Shown here piece after piece: positions 18,209-28,075 of a stretch of 64,000 bases of DNA (its first letter is position 1; every line of letters begins with the position of its first letter). The DNA is taken from contig MTLP01000028.1 of the NCBI GenBank assembly GCA_002009975.1, positions 1-64,000 of the forward strand, in the 5' to 3' direction. Source of the stretch: Thermococcus sp. JdFR-02 (GTDB lineage: Archaea; Methanobacteriota_B; Thermococci; Thermococcales; Thermococcaceae). The notes below the pieces were generated by a model. It was not told the origin of the DNA, did not search any database, and worked only from the letters and a program-made list of their open reading frames with translations. The position numbers and the translations under genes were made by a program.

Positions 18209-19291
18209 ATGAGAGAGACTCCATATTATTCTTACGTCGTTGGTGAGCTGCCAGAGGGATGCAAGTTTTGTGTGAAAGGGGCTAAGTTAGTGTTGTTTAC
18301 AACTGGTGTATGCCCAAGGGATTGTTATTACTGTCCTCTAAGCCCTTGGCGTAGAGGAGATGTTGTTTATGCTAATGAGAGACCAATTAAGGGTTATGAT
18401 GATGTACTGGAAGAGGTTAAACTTATGAATGCTTTAGGTGCTGGAATCACTGGTGGAGATCCATTGGCAAGATTGGAAAGGACAGTTGAATACATCAAGC
18501 TTCTAAAAGAGAATTTCGGAGGAAAATTTCATATTCACCTTTATACTACGGGAGTTTTAGCTACAAAAGATGTTTTGGAAAAGTTGTATGATGCTGGATT
18601 AGATGAGATAAGATTCCACCCAGATCTGTTTACTAGAAATTCAAAGCTCTTCAAAAGGGAAATTGGGAACATGAAAAATGCTAAGGACTTTGATTGGGAT
18701 TTTGGTGGAGAAGTTCCGGCTATTCCTGGGCAGGAAGATAGAATTAAGTGGTATGCGGAGTTTTTGGACAAAATGGGTGCGAAGTTCCTCAATATAAATG
18801 AGCTTGAATTTAGCGAGACCAATTTAAGATTATTGAGTGAGAAGGGATTTAAGCCAATAAGCGATGAAAGCTCGGCAATTAAAGGAAGCTTGAATTTAGG
18901 CTTGCAGATACTTGAATGGGGAGAGAAAAACACTTCTTTAAATTATCATCTCTGCACTGCAAAGCTTAAGGATGCGGTTCAACTGAGGAACCGTTTAAAA
19001 AGAACGGCAAAAAATGTGGCAAAACCTTATCAGAGGATAACCGAGGATGGCACTTTGAGGTTTGGGATTGCGGAATACGAGAATATTCGTGAACTTTATG
19101 AGTTTTTAATTGAAGAAGTTAAAGTTCCAGAGGAGTTTCTTTATATCAATGCTGAGAAGAATAGAATAGAGATGTCAGAGGAAGTTGCTATTGAATTGGC
19201 GGAAGCTATTGAGGGGAATGTGAGGTTTTTTATAGTTGAGGAATATCCGACGTGGGATATGCTCGAAGTTGAGAGGATTCCCCTTCCATAG
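18209..19291 (+). CDS. Radical SAM protein (COG2108-like, uncharacterised)
   Basis: CPRDCYYC, TGGDP, GLDEIRFHP, extra GCKFC. Confidence 0.88.
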   Translation: MRETPYYSYVVGELPEGCKFCVKGAKLVLFTTGVCPRDCYYCPLSPWRRGDVVYANERPIKGYDDVLEEVKLMNALGAGITGGDPLARLERTVEYIKLLKENFGGKFHIHLYTTGVLATKDVLEKLYDAGLDEIRFHPDLFTRNSKLFKREIGNMKNAKDFDWDFGGEVPAIPGQEDRIKWYAEFLDKMGAKFLNINELEFSETNLRLLSEKGFKPISDESSAIKGSLNLGLQILEWGEKNTSLNYHLCTAKLKDAVQLRNRLKRTAKNVAKPYQRITEDGTLRFGIAEYENIRELYEFLIEEVKVPEEFLYINAEKNRIEMSEEVAIELAEAIEGNVRFFIVEEYPTWDMLEVERIPLP

Positions 19292-19778
19292 CTCATTGAA
19301 GATTTTTCGTTTCTTGGTGAGAGTTCGTAATTTTTGATTTTAAACCTTTTTCAAGCCTATTTCTGGAAACAATGTTCTCTTAATAATTTGGGAGTCTTTA
19401 GTTTCTGATGGGAAGAAAAACTTTTTATTTTTAAGTCCTTTGACAAATTTAAACCAAAATCATGTGTAAGTTTGTTCAAGTTGGAGTTTTTAAGCTTATT
19501 TTTAAGTTTCCCTAATGAGAGAGTTGGGACTTCAAAATTTGCACATTTTAAAGGAGAATTTTAAAATTCAAAACCTTTTCATCAGAGTGCAAAGGTTCCG
19601 CTCACTTTTATTCATTAAGTTAAAGCTTTGAATTTAGGGACGTTAAAGGTAAATAGCCTTTAATTTGGGCTTTAAGTGAGCCTCTATCCTCGCTCTTTTA
19701 TTGTACCTTTATGGAAAAGTATTTATATTTTGAGTTCTTTTAGAGTTTTATTGGGGAAATAGGGGAAAATTCGCCCCT
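19292..19778 (+). promoter_or_regulatory. CRISPR leader with BRE/TATA (GGAAAAGTATTTATATT, about 19713-19729)
   Basis: About 490 bp AT-rich non-coding region ending in an AGGGG...CCCCT stem directly before repeat 1. Confidence 0.85.
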
Positions 19779-20348
19779 GTTCCAATAAGACTTTAAAAGA
19801 ATTGAAACGGTTATGGGTATTTGATCTTAAATCAAAGTATTGTAAGTTCCAATAAGACTTTAAAAGAATTGAAACGATTTTTGTAGGTGTGATTGTGAGC
19901 CGCTTAACCCTAGTTCCAATAAGACTTTAAAAGAATTGAAACATATCTGGGTCTGCATAGAATACAAATGTAATTTCTGTTCCAATAAGACTTTAAAAGA
20001 ATTGAAACTCAATGAGCTTGAGAAGAACAGGGACCAGACGAGACCCGTTCCAATAAGACTTTAAAAGAATTGAAACACACAATTTTATAGTTATCATTTA
20101 AAACTATAGTTAGTTCCAATAAGACTTTAAAAGAATTGAAACCTGTTAGTTTTAGTATCACACTACCAAAAAAACTTTACGGTTCCAATAAGACTTTAAA
20201 AGAATTGAAACTAAGCTTGGTGGTGTGAACTCCTTAAGCAGATCCACTTTGTTCCAATAAGACTTTAAAAGAATTGAAACTCAAAGAGTTCGCGCTTTAA
20301 AGTTAGAACTGTTGAATCGTTCCAATAAGACTTTAAAAGAATTGAAAG
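19779..20348 (+). CRISPR. CRISPR array: 9 repeats of GTTCCAATAAGACTTTAAAAGAATTGAAA(C/G), 30 bp, with 8 internal spacers of 36-39 bp, then a 38-bp ninth spacer and a degenerate repeat at 20387
   Basis: Repeat starts at 19779, 19846, 19913, 19979, 20047, 20113, 20182, 20251, 20319; ATTGAAAC/G 3' handle. Confidence 0.98.
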
Positions 20349-20533
20349 GGGCTGTCTATGACTACAAACTCATTCCCTGCTGCAATGTTCCAATAAAACC
20401 CAAAATTTATCCGCATAATGAAAGATTTCCTGTTCTTCAGATAATCATTTGCCGGTTAAATACAAGAATAAAGGAAAAGTGTAGAATAATATCAAGAGTG
20501 GCAGGGAAAATGCTCCCCTCATGGGAATAACTG

Positions 20534-21697
20534 TTAGGCTTTAGTCCAGTACTCTTTTTCCTCTACCATAGTCTTTATCATCTCATCTTCATCTTTGAAC
20601 ATGGTTCTCCTTGAGGGATTCTGCATTCCATAGAACTCCATAAAGGGACTTGGCCTCCTTTTGAATGGGTAGTAAAGATAAATCGCTCCTAAAGTTCTAT
20701 AAGCTTCAGCCATCTCGCTTATTACTCCAGCGGAGATTTCCTTTGAGTAATGATACACAGCTATGGCTTTACTAACATCCACTAAGTTAAAATCTCTATC
20801 CACGAGCTGCCTTCTTAAAATATCAGTTGCTTGCTCTATATCCTCTCTATCAAGTTCTTCACTTTCTTCTCCATCTATGATATGGGTTATCTTAATCTTC
20901 TTCACACTCGGATCCTTTTCGACTTGAGTATCGTATTCATTAACTATCCACCAGTCATCCAAAGCACCAGGGTCTAAAACTGTAAAATGCTTGCTAAGTT
21001 TTTTATAAAACTCCCTAACCCTATGGTAGTACTCTTTCTCATGCCCGGTCATTGGATAGCTCAAATAAATGAGGGGTTTTTCTTTTTCATGGAAAATCAA
21101 ATCCAAAAAGGTTTTGTATGGATGTCTTATTCCAAATTGCAGGATATATCTAACTTCTACTCCCTCTTTCTTAAGTTCGTGTATTAGAGTTTTCACGTGG
21201 TTTATAGCATCTTCACGCCACATTACAAGAGTTGTTAGCTTGATGTTCTCCCTTCGCTTTCCAAACCTCTCGAACCATTCCTCATCGTTGATGATCCTTC
21301 TTCTAACGCTTAAAATATCGTCCAAGACTATAATGACCCTATCTGGCTTTAAAAGCTTCAAATTGCTTAAAGTAAATCCCAAAACACTCCCACTTCCCCA
21401 TCTGAATAGGGAGGGCGTTGAAACTAGGTGAAATTCTTTATCGCTCTCATCTATATCTTTCCTTATTCTTTCAAAGGCTTCATCTCTGATGTCATTCATC
21501 AAATTTGGATGATTTATGGCAAAATCTAAGACATTTTTTCTAGTTATCTTGTATCCCCTCTCTTTTCCTATGCATTTAATGTAGTCAAAGACATGATAAT
21601 AGGCATAGCTCTCTTTTTCTGAAAACTTCAGTGCTTCTTCGATGTATTCATCTCTACCGTTTAAGGGGGGACCCGTTAATAAAATAACCTCTCTCAT
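20534..21697 (-). CDS. Fusion of an adenylate/NMP-kinase-like domain and a nucleoside 2-deoxyribosyltransferase (NDT/DNPH1)-like domain
   Basis: N-terminal ILLTGPPLNGRD, LKPDRVIIV, LVMWREDAI; C-terminal IYLSYPMT, VLDP, RDFNLVD.S, SAGVISEM. Confidence 0.7.
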   Translation of the reverse strand: MREVILLTGPPLNGRDEYIEEALKFSEKESYAYYHVFDYIKCIGKERGYKITRKNVLDFAINHPNLMNDIRDEAFERIRKDIDESDKEFHLVSTPSLFRWGSGSVLGFTLSNLKLLKPDRVIIVLDDILSVRRRIINDEEWFERFGKRRENIKLTTLVMWREDAINHVKTLIHELKKEGVEVRYILQFGIRHPYKTFLDLIFHEKEKPLIYLSYPMTGHEKEYYHRVREFYKKLSKHFTVLDPGALDDWWIVNEYDTQVEKDPSVKKIKITHIIDGEESEELDREDIEQATDILRRQLVDRDFNLVDVSKAIAVYHYSKEISAGVISEMAEAYRTLGAIYLYYPFKRRPSPFMEFYGMQNPSRRTMFKDEDEMIKTMVEEKEYWTKA

Positions 21698-21861
21698 CTT
21701 CTCACCATTTAAACTTTGAAATAATCTCGTTAACAAACTTTATAAATCTAAACATGAGTTAAACTCCAAAAGTGCGAAAACTTTAAATACCCTTTAGTCA
21801 AAGTGCCCCTTGTAATACCTTGTTTTTGGTCTGTTCTATCATGACTAAAGGGGTGTTGTGC

Positions 21862-22482
21862 TTGACAGACAAACTTAAAGGAACTACAACAGTGGGCATT
21901 GTTTGTAAGGATGGGGTAGTGTTAGCAGCAGATAGGAGAGGTACTTTAGGGACAATGGTGGTTACAAAGACAGCAACAAAGATATTCAAAATAGACGATC
22001 ATTTAGCCTTAGCAGGAGCAGGAGAAATTGGAGACATTTTGAGCCTTGTAAGAACTTTGAGAGCAGAAGCTAAGCTTTATAGGGCTAAAGTTGGGAAGGA
22101 AATGAGCGTTAAGGCTTTAGCAACCCTTACTTCAAATATATTGCATGGAACGAGATATTTCCCATACTTTAGTTGGTTCTTAATTGGTGGGTATGACGAA
22201 AAGCCGAGGATTTATTCTATTGATATGGATGGTGGAGTTACTGAGGATAATTATGTCTCAGCTGGCTCTGGAATGGGATTTGCATATGGAATTTTAGAAG
22301 ATAGCTATAGGGAAGACATGACATTGGAAGATGCTATCAAACTTGCTGTTAGAGCGCTAAAAGCTGCTTTAAAAAGAGATATCTTTACTGGTGATGGTAT
22401 AATGGTTGTAGTTGTGACAAGGGAAGGATATAGAGAGCTAAGCAAAGAGGAAGTTAATGAGATATTGAAAAAGCTTGATTAG
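21862..22482 (+). CDS. psmB: Proteasome subunit beta
   Basis: Short propeptide, then G|[17 protein letters not shown]; AGSG; RD..TGDG; TTG start. Confidence 0.95.
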   Translation: MTDKLKGTTTVGIVCKDGVVLAADRRGTLGTMVVTKTATKIFKIDDHLALAGAGEIGDILSLVRTLRAEAKLYRAKVGKEMSVKALATLTSNILHGTRYFPYFSWFLIGGYDEKPRIYSIDMDGGVTEDNYVSAGSGMGFAYGILEDSYREDMTLEDAIKLAVRALKAALKRDIFTGDGIMVVVVTREGYRELSKEEVNEILKKLD

Positions 22483-22503
22483 AGCTTTTCTGAGGTGAGT
22501 AGA

Positions 22504-24450
22504 GTGATAAAAAGAGAAAGTTACGTTGAAGATATACTAAAAGAGATCAGGGAGATAATTAATCAAATGGTTCCAAGAGAAGCGAGGATAACGGATGTTG
22601 AGTTTGAGGGTCCTGAATTGGTTATCTATGTTAAGAACCCCGAGGCTATAATGCAAGATGGGGATTTAATTAAAAATCTAGCTAAAGTTTTAAAGAAGAG
22701 GATTAGTGTTAGACCAGATCCAACTGTTCTTCTTAAGCCTGAGGAAGCTGAAAAGAAGATTAGAGAAATAGTCCCTTCTGAAGCTGAGATAACTAACATT
22801 AGCTTTGATCCTTCTGTTGGTGAGGTTATTATAGAGGCTAAAAAGCCTGGTTTAGTTATTGGTAAAAATGGAGAAACATTAAGACTGATTACTCAAAAAG
22901 TTCACTGGGCACCCAAAGTTGTTAGAACTCCCCCCTTGCAGTCTCAAACAATTTATTCAATTAGACAAATTCTCCAAACAGAGAGTAGGGATAGGAGATC
23001 ATTTTTAAGGCAAGTTGGGAGGAACATATACAGAAAGCCAGAACTTAAGAGTGAGTGGATCAGAATTACCGGTTTGGGAGGATTTAGGGAAGTTGGTAGG
23101 AGTGCTATACTGCTTCAGACAAATGAAAGCTATGTTTTGGTGGATTTTGGTATTGATGTTGGTGCTTTAAATGACCCAAAGAAGGCTTTCCCACACTTTG
23201 ATGCACCAGAATTTCAATACGTCCTTAAAGAGGGAATATTGGATGCTGTAATAGTTACACACGCTCATTTAGATCACAGCGGCTTATTGCCCTACCTATT
23301 TAGGTACAAGCTCTTTGATGGACCTATTTATGTAACACCACCAACAAGGGATTTAATGGTCTTACTTCAAAAGGACTTCATGGAGATTCAGCAGAGCAAT
23401 GGAGTTGAGCCTCTGTATAGGGCTAAAGACATAAAAGAGGTTGTCAAGCATTCTATCACCCTCGAATACGGTGAAGTTAGGGATATCTCCCCGGACATTA
23501 GGCTAACCCTCCACAATGCTGGTCACATTTTAGGTTCCTCAATTGCCCACATTCACGTTGGAAATGGTCTTCACAACATAGCCGTAACTGGTGACTTCAA
23601 ATTTATCCCAACGAGGCTTTTTGAACCAGCAACTGCAAGATTCCCAAGATTAGAAACATTGATCATGGAGTCAACCTATGGTGGTTCCAATGATCATCAA
23701 ATGCCAAGGGATGAAGCTGAGAAGAGATTGATTGAAGTGATACACCAAACAATAAGGAGAAAAGGAAAAGTGTTAATTCCAGCAATGGCTGTTGGAAGAT
23801 CCCAAGAGATAATGATGGTTCTTGAAGAGTACGCAAGGGTTGGAGGGTTTGAGATCCCAATCTACTTAGATGGTATGATTTGGGAAGCTACTGCAATTCA
23901 CACAGCCTATCCAGAGTACTTAAGCAGATCACTTAGAGATCAAATATTCCACGAAGGATACAATCCATTCTTGAATGAAATCTTTAAGCCTGTTGCAAAT
24001 GCAAGCGAGAGGAGAGATATAATAGATAGCGAAGAGCCGGCAATTATTATAGCTTCATCAGGTATGCTGGTTGGGGGACCAAGTGTAGAATACTTTAGAG
24101 AGTTAGCGGAAGACCCAAGAAATGCTATAATCTTCGTTAGCTACCAATCTGAAGGCACATTAGGAAGACAAGTACAAAGAGGAGTTAAGGAAATTCCATT
24201 AATTGGAGAAGGTGGAAAAACGGAGGTAATAAGGGTTAACATGGAAGTTTACACAATTGACGGCTTTTCAGGTCACGCTGATAGGAGAGAACTCATGAAT
24301 TATGTTGCAAAGATAAAGCCAAGACCAGAGAGAGTTATAACGATTCATGGAGAAGCACAGAAGTGTCTTGACTTAGCTTCAAGCATACACAAGAGGTTCG
24401 GGCTTAGCACAAGGGCACCAAACAATTTAGATGCCATAAGGTTAAAGTAG
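22504..24450 (+). CDS. fttA: aCPSF1/FttA KH + beta-CASP ribonuclease (transcription termination factor)
   Basis: Two KH domains (KPGLVIGK), LGGFREVGRS, THAHLDH, AGHILGS, FSGHAD. Confidence 0.96.
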   Translation: MIKRESYVEDILKEIREIINQMVPREARITDVEFEGPELVIYVKNPEAIMQDGDLIKNLAKVLKKRISVRPDPTVLLKPEEAEKKIREIVPSEAEITNISFDPSVGEVIIEAKKPGLVIGKNGETLRLITQKVHWAPKVVRTPPLQSQTIYSIRQILQTESRDRRSFLRQVGRNIYRKPELKSEWIRITGLGGFREVGRSAILLQTNESYVLVDFGIDVGALNDPKKAFPHFDAPEFQYVLKEGILDAVIVTHAHLDHSGLLPYLFRYKLFDGPIYVTPPTRDLMVLLQKDFMEIQQSNGVEPLYRAKDIKEVVKHSITLEYGEVRDISPDIRLTLHNAGHILGSSIAHIHVGNGLHNIAVTGDFKFIPTRLFEPATARFPRLETLIMESTYGGSNDHQMPRDEAEKRLIEVIHQTIRRKGKVLIPAMAVGRSQEIMMVLEEYARVGGFEIPIYLDGMIWEATAIHTAYPEYLSRSLRDQIFHEGYNPFLNEIFKPVANASERRDIIDSEEPAIIIASSGMLVGGPSVEYFRELAEDPRNAIIFVSYQSEGTLGRQVQRGVKEIPLIGEGGKTEVIRVNMEVYTIDGFSGHADRRELMNYVAKIKPRPERVITIHGEAQKCLDLASSIHKRFGLSTRAPNNLDAIRLK

Positions 24451-24481
24451 TCCTTTCTTTAATCTCTCTTTGGTGTGGAGA

Positions 24482-25819
24482 ATGATCAAATGCCCAAAAT
24501 GTGGTAGAGGTTATTCCTCTTTAATTCCTCTAAAGTGCATATGTGGAGAGCCTTTGGAGATTACATACGATTATTCTGAGGTTAATGTTAGTGTGTGGAA
24601 AAGAAGGGAAAAAGGTGTCTGGAGATATAGAGAGCTTTTGCCAAAAGTTAAGCAAATAATAACCCTAAAGGAAGGGGGAACACCTTTAGTTAGGGCAAAG
24701 ATTGGGGAGGAGTTAAAACTCAACGTTTTTATTAAAGATGAAACGAGAAACCCTACTGGCTCTTTTAGGGATAGACTTGTTACAGTTGCGGTTTCTTATG
24801 GTTTGGATTTTGTGGAAAATGGCTTTATTGTTGCAAGTGATGGAAATGCTGCAGCATCTCTAGCTGCTTATTCAGCAAGGGCTGGAAAGGAATCCTTTGT
24901 TGTTGTTCCAAGGAGGGTAGATAAGGGGAAGCTCATACAGATGATTGCTTTTGGAGCAAAGATAATTCGCTATGGCGAGAGCGTTGATGAGTGTATAGAT
25001 TATGCAAAAGAGTTAGCCAAGCTTAATGGTCTTTATGATATAACGCCAGAAAACAATATCATCGGTTTAGAGGGACAGAAAACGATTGCTTTTGAGCTTT
25101 GGGAAGAGTTGAATCCTACTCATGTTATAGTTCCTACTGGGAGTGGAAGCAACTTGTACAGTATTTACAAGGGATTTAGAGAACTCTTAAAGCTTGACTT
25201 AATTGACGAGCTTCCAAAACTCATTGCAGTTCAAACAGAAAAATGTTCTCCGATAGCAAGTGAGATTTTGGGAACTAAAGCTAAAAGGGAATTTACAAAA
25301 GCTTTAGGATTGTACGTTAAAGACCCAATAAATAAGGAGAGAGCTGTAAAAGCTGTAAAAGAAAGCAAGGGAACTGCGGTTCTTGTTAGGGAGGATGAAC
25401 TTGATATGGGGGAGAGGCTTTTAGCAAAAGAGGGCGTTTTTGCAGAATACGCTTCTTCAGTTGTGATTCCGGCATTAATTAAGCTTAATGGAGAGGGATA
25501 TTTTGAAAAGGATGATAAAATCGCTTTAATAGTTACCAGCTCTGGATTAAAGGGATATTATATTGAAGCAGAAAGGGAAAGATTCTCAATTGGTGGAACA
25601 AAGCTGGAAATCCTAAAACTGCTGAAAGAAAAAGAACGCTATGGCTATGAGATCTGGGAAAACTTAGAGAAGCCTTTAAAGTATCAAGCCATCTATCAAC
25701 ACATAAAGGAGCTTGAAAGTTTAGGATTGATAGAAGAGGCGTACACAAAGGGAAGGAGGATTTACTATAAGCTGACTGAGAAGGGTAGAAGGGTTTTAGA
25801 GAACTTTGAGGAAATTTAG
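24482..25819 (+). CDS. Threonine-synthase-like PLP-fold protein (catalytic Lys replaced by Arg) with C-terminal winged HTH
   Basis: N-terminal CxxC..CxC, LKEGGTPL, NPTGSFRDR, ASDGN, EGQKT, PTGSG; C-terminal YGYEIW...AIYQHIKELESLGLI...YYKLTEKG. Confidence 0.85.
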   Translation: MIKCPKCGRGYSSLIPLKCICGEPLEITYDYSEVNVSVWKRREKGVWRYRELLPKVKQIITLKEGGTPLVRAKIGEELKLNVFIKDETRNPTGSFRDRLVTVAVSYGLDFVENGFIVASDGNAAASLAAYSARAGKESFVVVPRRVDKGKLIQMIAFGAKIIRYGESVDECIDYAKELAKLNGLYDITPENNIIGLEGQKTIAFELWEELNPTHVIVPTGSGSNLYSIYKGFRELLKLDLIDELPKLIAVQTEKCSPIASEILGTKAKREFTKALGLYVKDPINKERAVKAVKESKGTAVLVREDELDMGERLLAKEGVFAEYASSVVIPALIKLNGEGYFEKDDKIALIVTSSGLKGYYIEAERERFSIGGTKLEILKLLKEKERYGYEIWENLEKPLKYQAIYQHIKELESLGLIEEAYTKGRRIYYKLTEKGRRVLENFEEI

Positions 25820-26115
25820 TCCATAAAATGCTTTTCTATTTCTTTTACTATCTGCAATCCATTTTCTGCTAAGCTTTTAAGCTTTTTAATGTTCTCTTCA
25901 AAAGTCATATTATTTATGATGTTCTCGAATTTGTTTATATCTTCAATCAGCTCTGGCATTTTCTTTTCCAGTATTTCCCTTAAATCACTTATATCATCCA
26001 AGATGTAGTATGCAGTGTCCTGAAATACCTCTACATTGTCAAAATTGGCAACTAAATCTTCCAAATCCTCCTTAATTTGCTGCATTATTATTCTGATCTC
26101 TTTCATGTTTGACAC
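25816..26115 (-). CDS. Hypothetical helical protein, about 99 aa
   Basis: ORF fills the gap between convergent genes. Confidence 0.6.
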   Translation of the reverse strand: MSNMKEIRIIMQQIKEDLEDLVANFDNVEVFQDTAYYILDDISDLREILEKKMPELIEDINKFENIINNMTFEENIKKLKSLAENGLQIVKEIEKHFMD

Positions 26116-26173
26116 CGTTATGATTTCCTATTTTATATCTTAAAAATCTTATCTTTAATAAAGGTAACAAACC

Positions 26174-26566
26174 TCATGGTTCAAAGAGCTTTGTCATGCA
26201 TCCAGCAATAAATCCACCTATTGCATCATCCAAGAAAGGAGGTAGCTCTTTCAAAATTCCAGGCTTTTTTGTATCGTAATAGAAGAAATTAAAGAGTGCC
26301 CTCTTCCCTCCAATATACTCTGCTATGTCAATTCCTATTAGCTCATCTGCAATCAATTCAACGGGATCACCTTTAACTTTAAAATTCTCGTCTAAAAGTA
26401 GAGCAGCTTTTAAAAGGGCTTGAACATTTAAATCTTCTAAATAGTGAAGCATTAATTTTTTGAGCCTCTCCCTAACCTTTTCTCTATTCTCACCGATATA
26501 AAGCTCTAATGCAGAGTCGAGCATCTTTTCAAGTGTTATACCTTTTGATTCAAGCTCTTCTATCAT
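26174..26566 (-). CDS. cobZ: Alpha-ribazole phosphatase CobZ (PgpA-like)
   Basis: D.NV..LL.AA, DP..LIADEL.G, GG..A.FNF..YD.KKPGIL..LPPFLDDA.GG. Confidence 0.85.
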   Translation of the reverse strand: MIEELESKGITLEKMLDSALELYIGENREKVRERLKKLMLHYLEDLNVQALLKAALLLDENFKVKGDPVELIADELIGIDIAEYIGGKRALFNFFYYDTKKPGILKELPPFLDDAIGGFIAGCMTKLFEP

Positions 26567-26663
26567 TTTCCCACCATAGCTAAGTTGCACTTTGTATTAA
26601 TAAGGCAATCGCTTCGGAAGGCTTTAGTAATTTAAATATACAACAGCAATTGTGGTGACTAAA

Positions 26664-27155
26664 ATGAAACTCAAACGCAAGCTAATCGAGTTTATGGTGA
26701 GGCATGATCTAATACCTGCAAGAATCAAATGGGAGAAAAGTGCAAATGGTGTTGGCAGGCTTTTCAATGATGTTTTTCACATGCTTAGCAAAGAGGATAG
26801 GGGAAAATTAGGAGAGCTAATGTACAAATGGGGTGTAAACGATGCAGATAGAATTGTTGAGATGCTGGAAATAGAGAGAGATTTGCACGGATGTGCAGTT
26901 GCATTAATGGCTACGAATGGTATTTTCGGGATAAAGAGTCATATAGTAAAGGAAAGTGATAACGAAATAATAATTCATGTGACAAAATGCTTATGGAAAG
27001 ATAAGGAAGGTTGGACACCTGAAGTCTGTGCATCAATTGAAAGATATGAGATTGGACTGATACATGGGATAAACAAGAATGTTAGATATTATTGCACCAA
27101 AAGAAGAAGTAAAGGCGATAAGGTATGTGAGGCAATCTTGAAATATCAACAATGA
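26664..27155 (+). CDS. ATC-hydrolase/V4R-like ligand-binding domain protein
   Basis: VTKCLW...PEVC...G.N...CTKRRSKGDKVC Cys pattern. Confidence 0.6.
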   Translation: MKLKRKLIEFMVRHDLIPARIKWEKSANGVGRLFNDVFHMLSKEDRGKLGELMYKWGVNDADRIVEMLEIERDLHGCAVALMATNGIFGIKSHIVKESDNEIIIHVTKCLWKDKEGWTPEVCASIERYEIGLIHGINKNVRYYCTKRRSKGDKVCEAILKYQQ

Positions 27156-27787
27156 GATAATTTAAACTTCAAATACCAATATCTCTCGCTCTCTTCAACG
27201 CTCTTCTCTTTAAGTTTAAACCTCTTTTCAAAGAACGGCGCTTTTAAAACAATCGTATGAAATTCTGCAAACTCTCCCACTGGATCTATACCATCATTTT
27301 CTTCCAAAAAGCGTTCTAAATCTTTAATATCCCTGAACGTATAGCCAAGCCACTCCTTTGAGAGCTTTTCTTTGTTTATTGCTATGATTGAATATTCAAA
27401 ACCAGAATTTAGGATTTCTTTCGCCAATTCAAACGTATCTTTTTCCCAAAGAGGCTCCAAAGCCTTTACTCCACTCTTTTCTGCCAAAAGATTAACCCAT
27501 TTCAAATGATCTTCAAGCAAAACATCGCCAGCAATTAGATAATCAACATCAAGCGATTTTATAAATTCAGCTAAAGCTTCGCTTCCCTTTGCCATATCAA
27601 AGATTAAGAGTTCCTTTCCCATATCTTCTGCCAAAAGCTTCAAAGCGTTAAGGTTTTCAAAGTGCGGCGAAATTCCAATAGTCGTTTTTAAGGCTAAAAG
27701 ATAAGGAACTTTTATTCCCTGTTTTTCCGCTAGGTAAGTAGCATAAAGCCCATCTTTTCCGCCTGAAAAGAAGGCAATCCCTTTCAA
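27146..27787 (-). CDS. DUF71/diphthamide-synthase-like PP-loop ATPase
   Basis: FSGGKDG, AGDV, EPLW, DPVGEFAEFHT. Confidence 0.85.
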   Translation of the reverse strand: MKGIAFFSGGKDGLYATYLAEKQGIKVPYLLALKTTIGISPHFENLNALKLLAEDMGKELLIFDMAKGSEALAEFIKSLDVDYLIAGDVLLEDHLKWVNLLAEKSGVKALEPLWEKDTFELAKEILNSGFEYSIIAINKEKLSKEWLGYTFRDIKDLERFLEENDGIDPVGEFAEFHTIVLKAPFFEKRFKLKEKSVEESERYWYLKFKLSHC

Positions 27788-28032
27788 AGTACTTCACCTA
27801 CTCTTGCCTCTTCATATTCCTCCCTGATTTTTTGCAATTCTTCTTTGTCAACATAGGGAATTACTGCACCACAATTTAAACAAAGCCATGGATAAGCTTT
27901 AATCGTGCCTTTCAAAGACTCCAAAACGCCTTTTCTCCAAGGGGCTCGCCAAAAGTACATTGCGTAACCTTCTTGATGACTTTTCCCTTTGACCATGCTT
28001 CCTCCACAGAATGGGCATTTTTTAGTTTCCAT
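27784..28032 (-). CDS. Small zinc-ribbon protein
   Basis: CPFCGG.M..G and CLNCG; overlaps the start of the DUF71 gene. Confidence 0.7.
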   Translation of the reverse strand: METKKCPFCGGSMVKGKSHQEGYAMYFWRAPWRKGVLESLKGTIKAYPWLCLNCGAVIPYVDKEELQKIREEYEEARVGEVL

Positions 28033-28075
28033 AGATACCACCAAAAATATAAACACTTTGGACATTTTATCCTTT

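Noticed and set aside
20312-20530. 72-aa ORF at the array end
   Set aside because: Reads through the CRISPR repeat, spacer and trailer
18209-21697. Genes flanking the CRISPR array as cas genes
   Set aside because: No Cas1/2/3/6/7/10 motifs; they are a radical SAM protein and a kinase-NDT fusion
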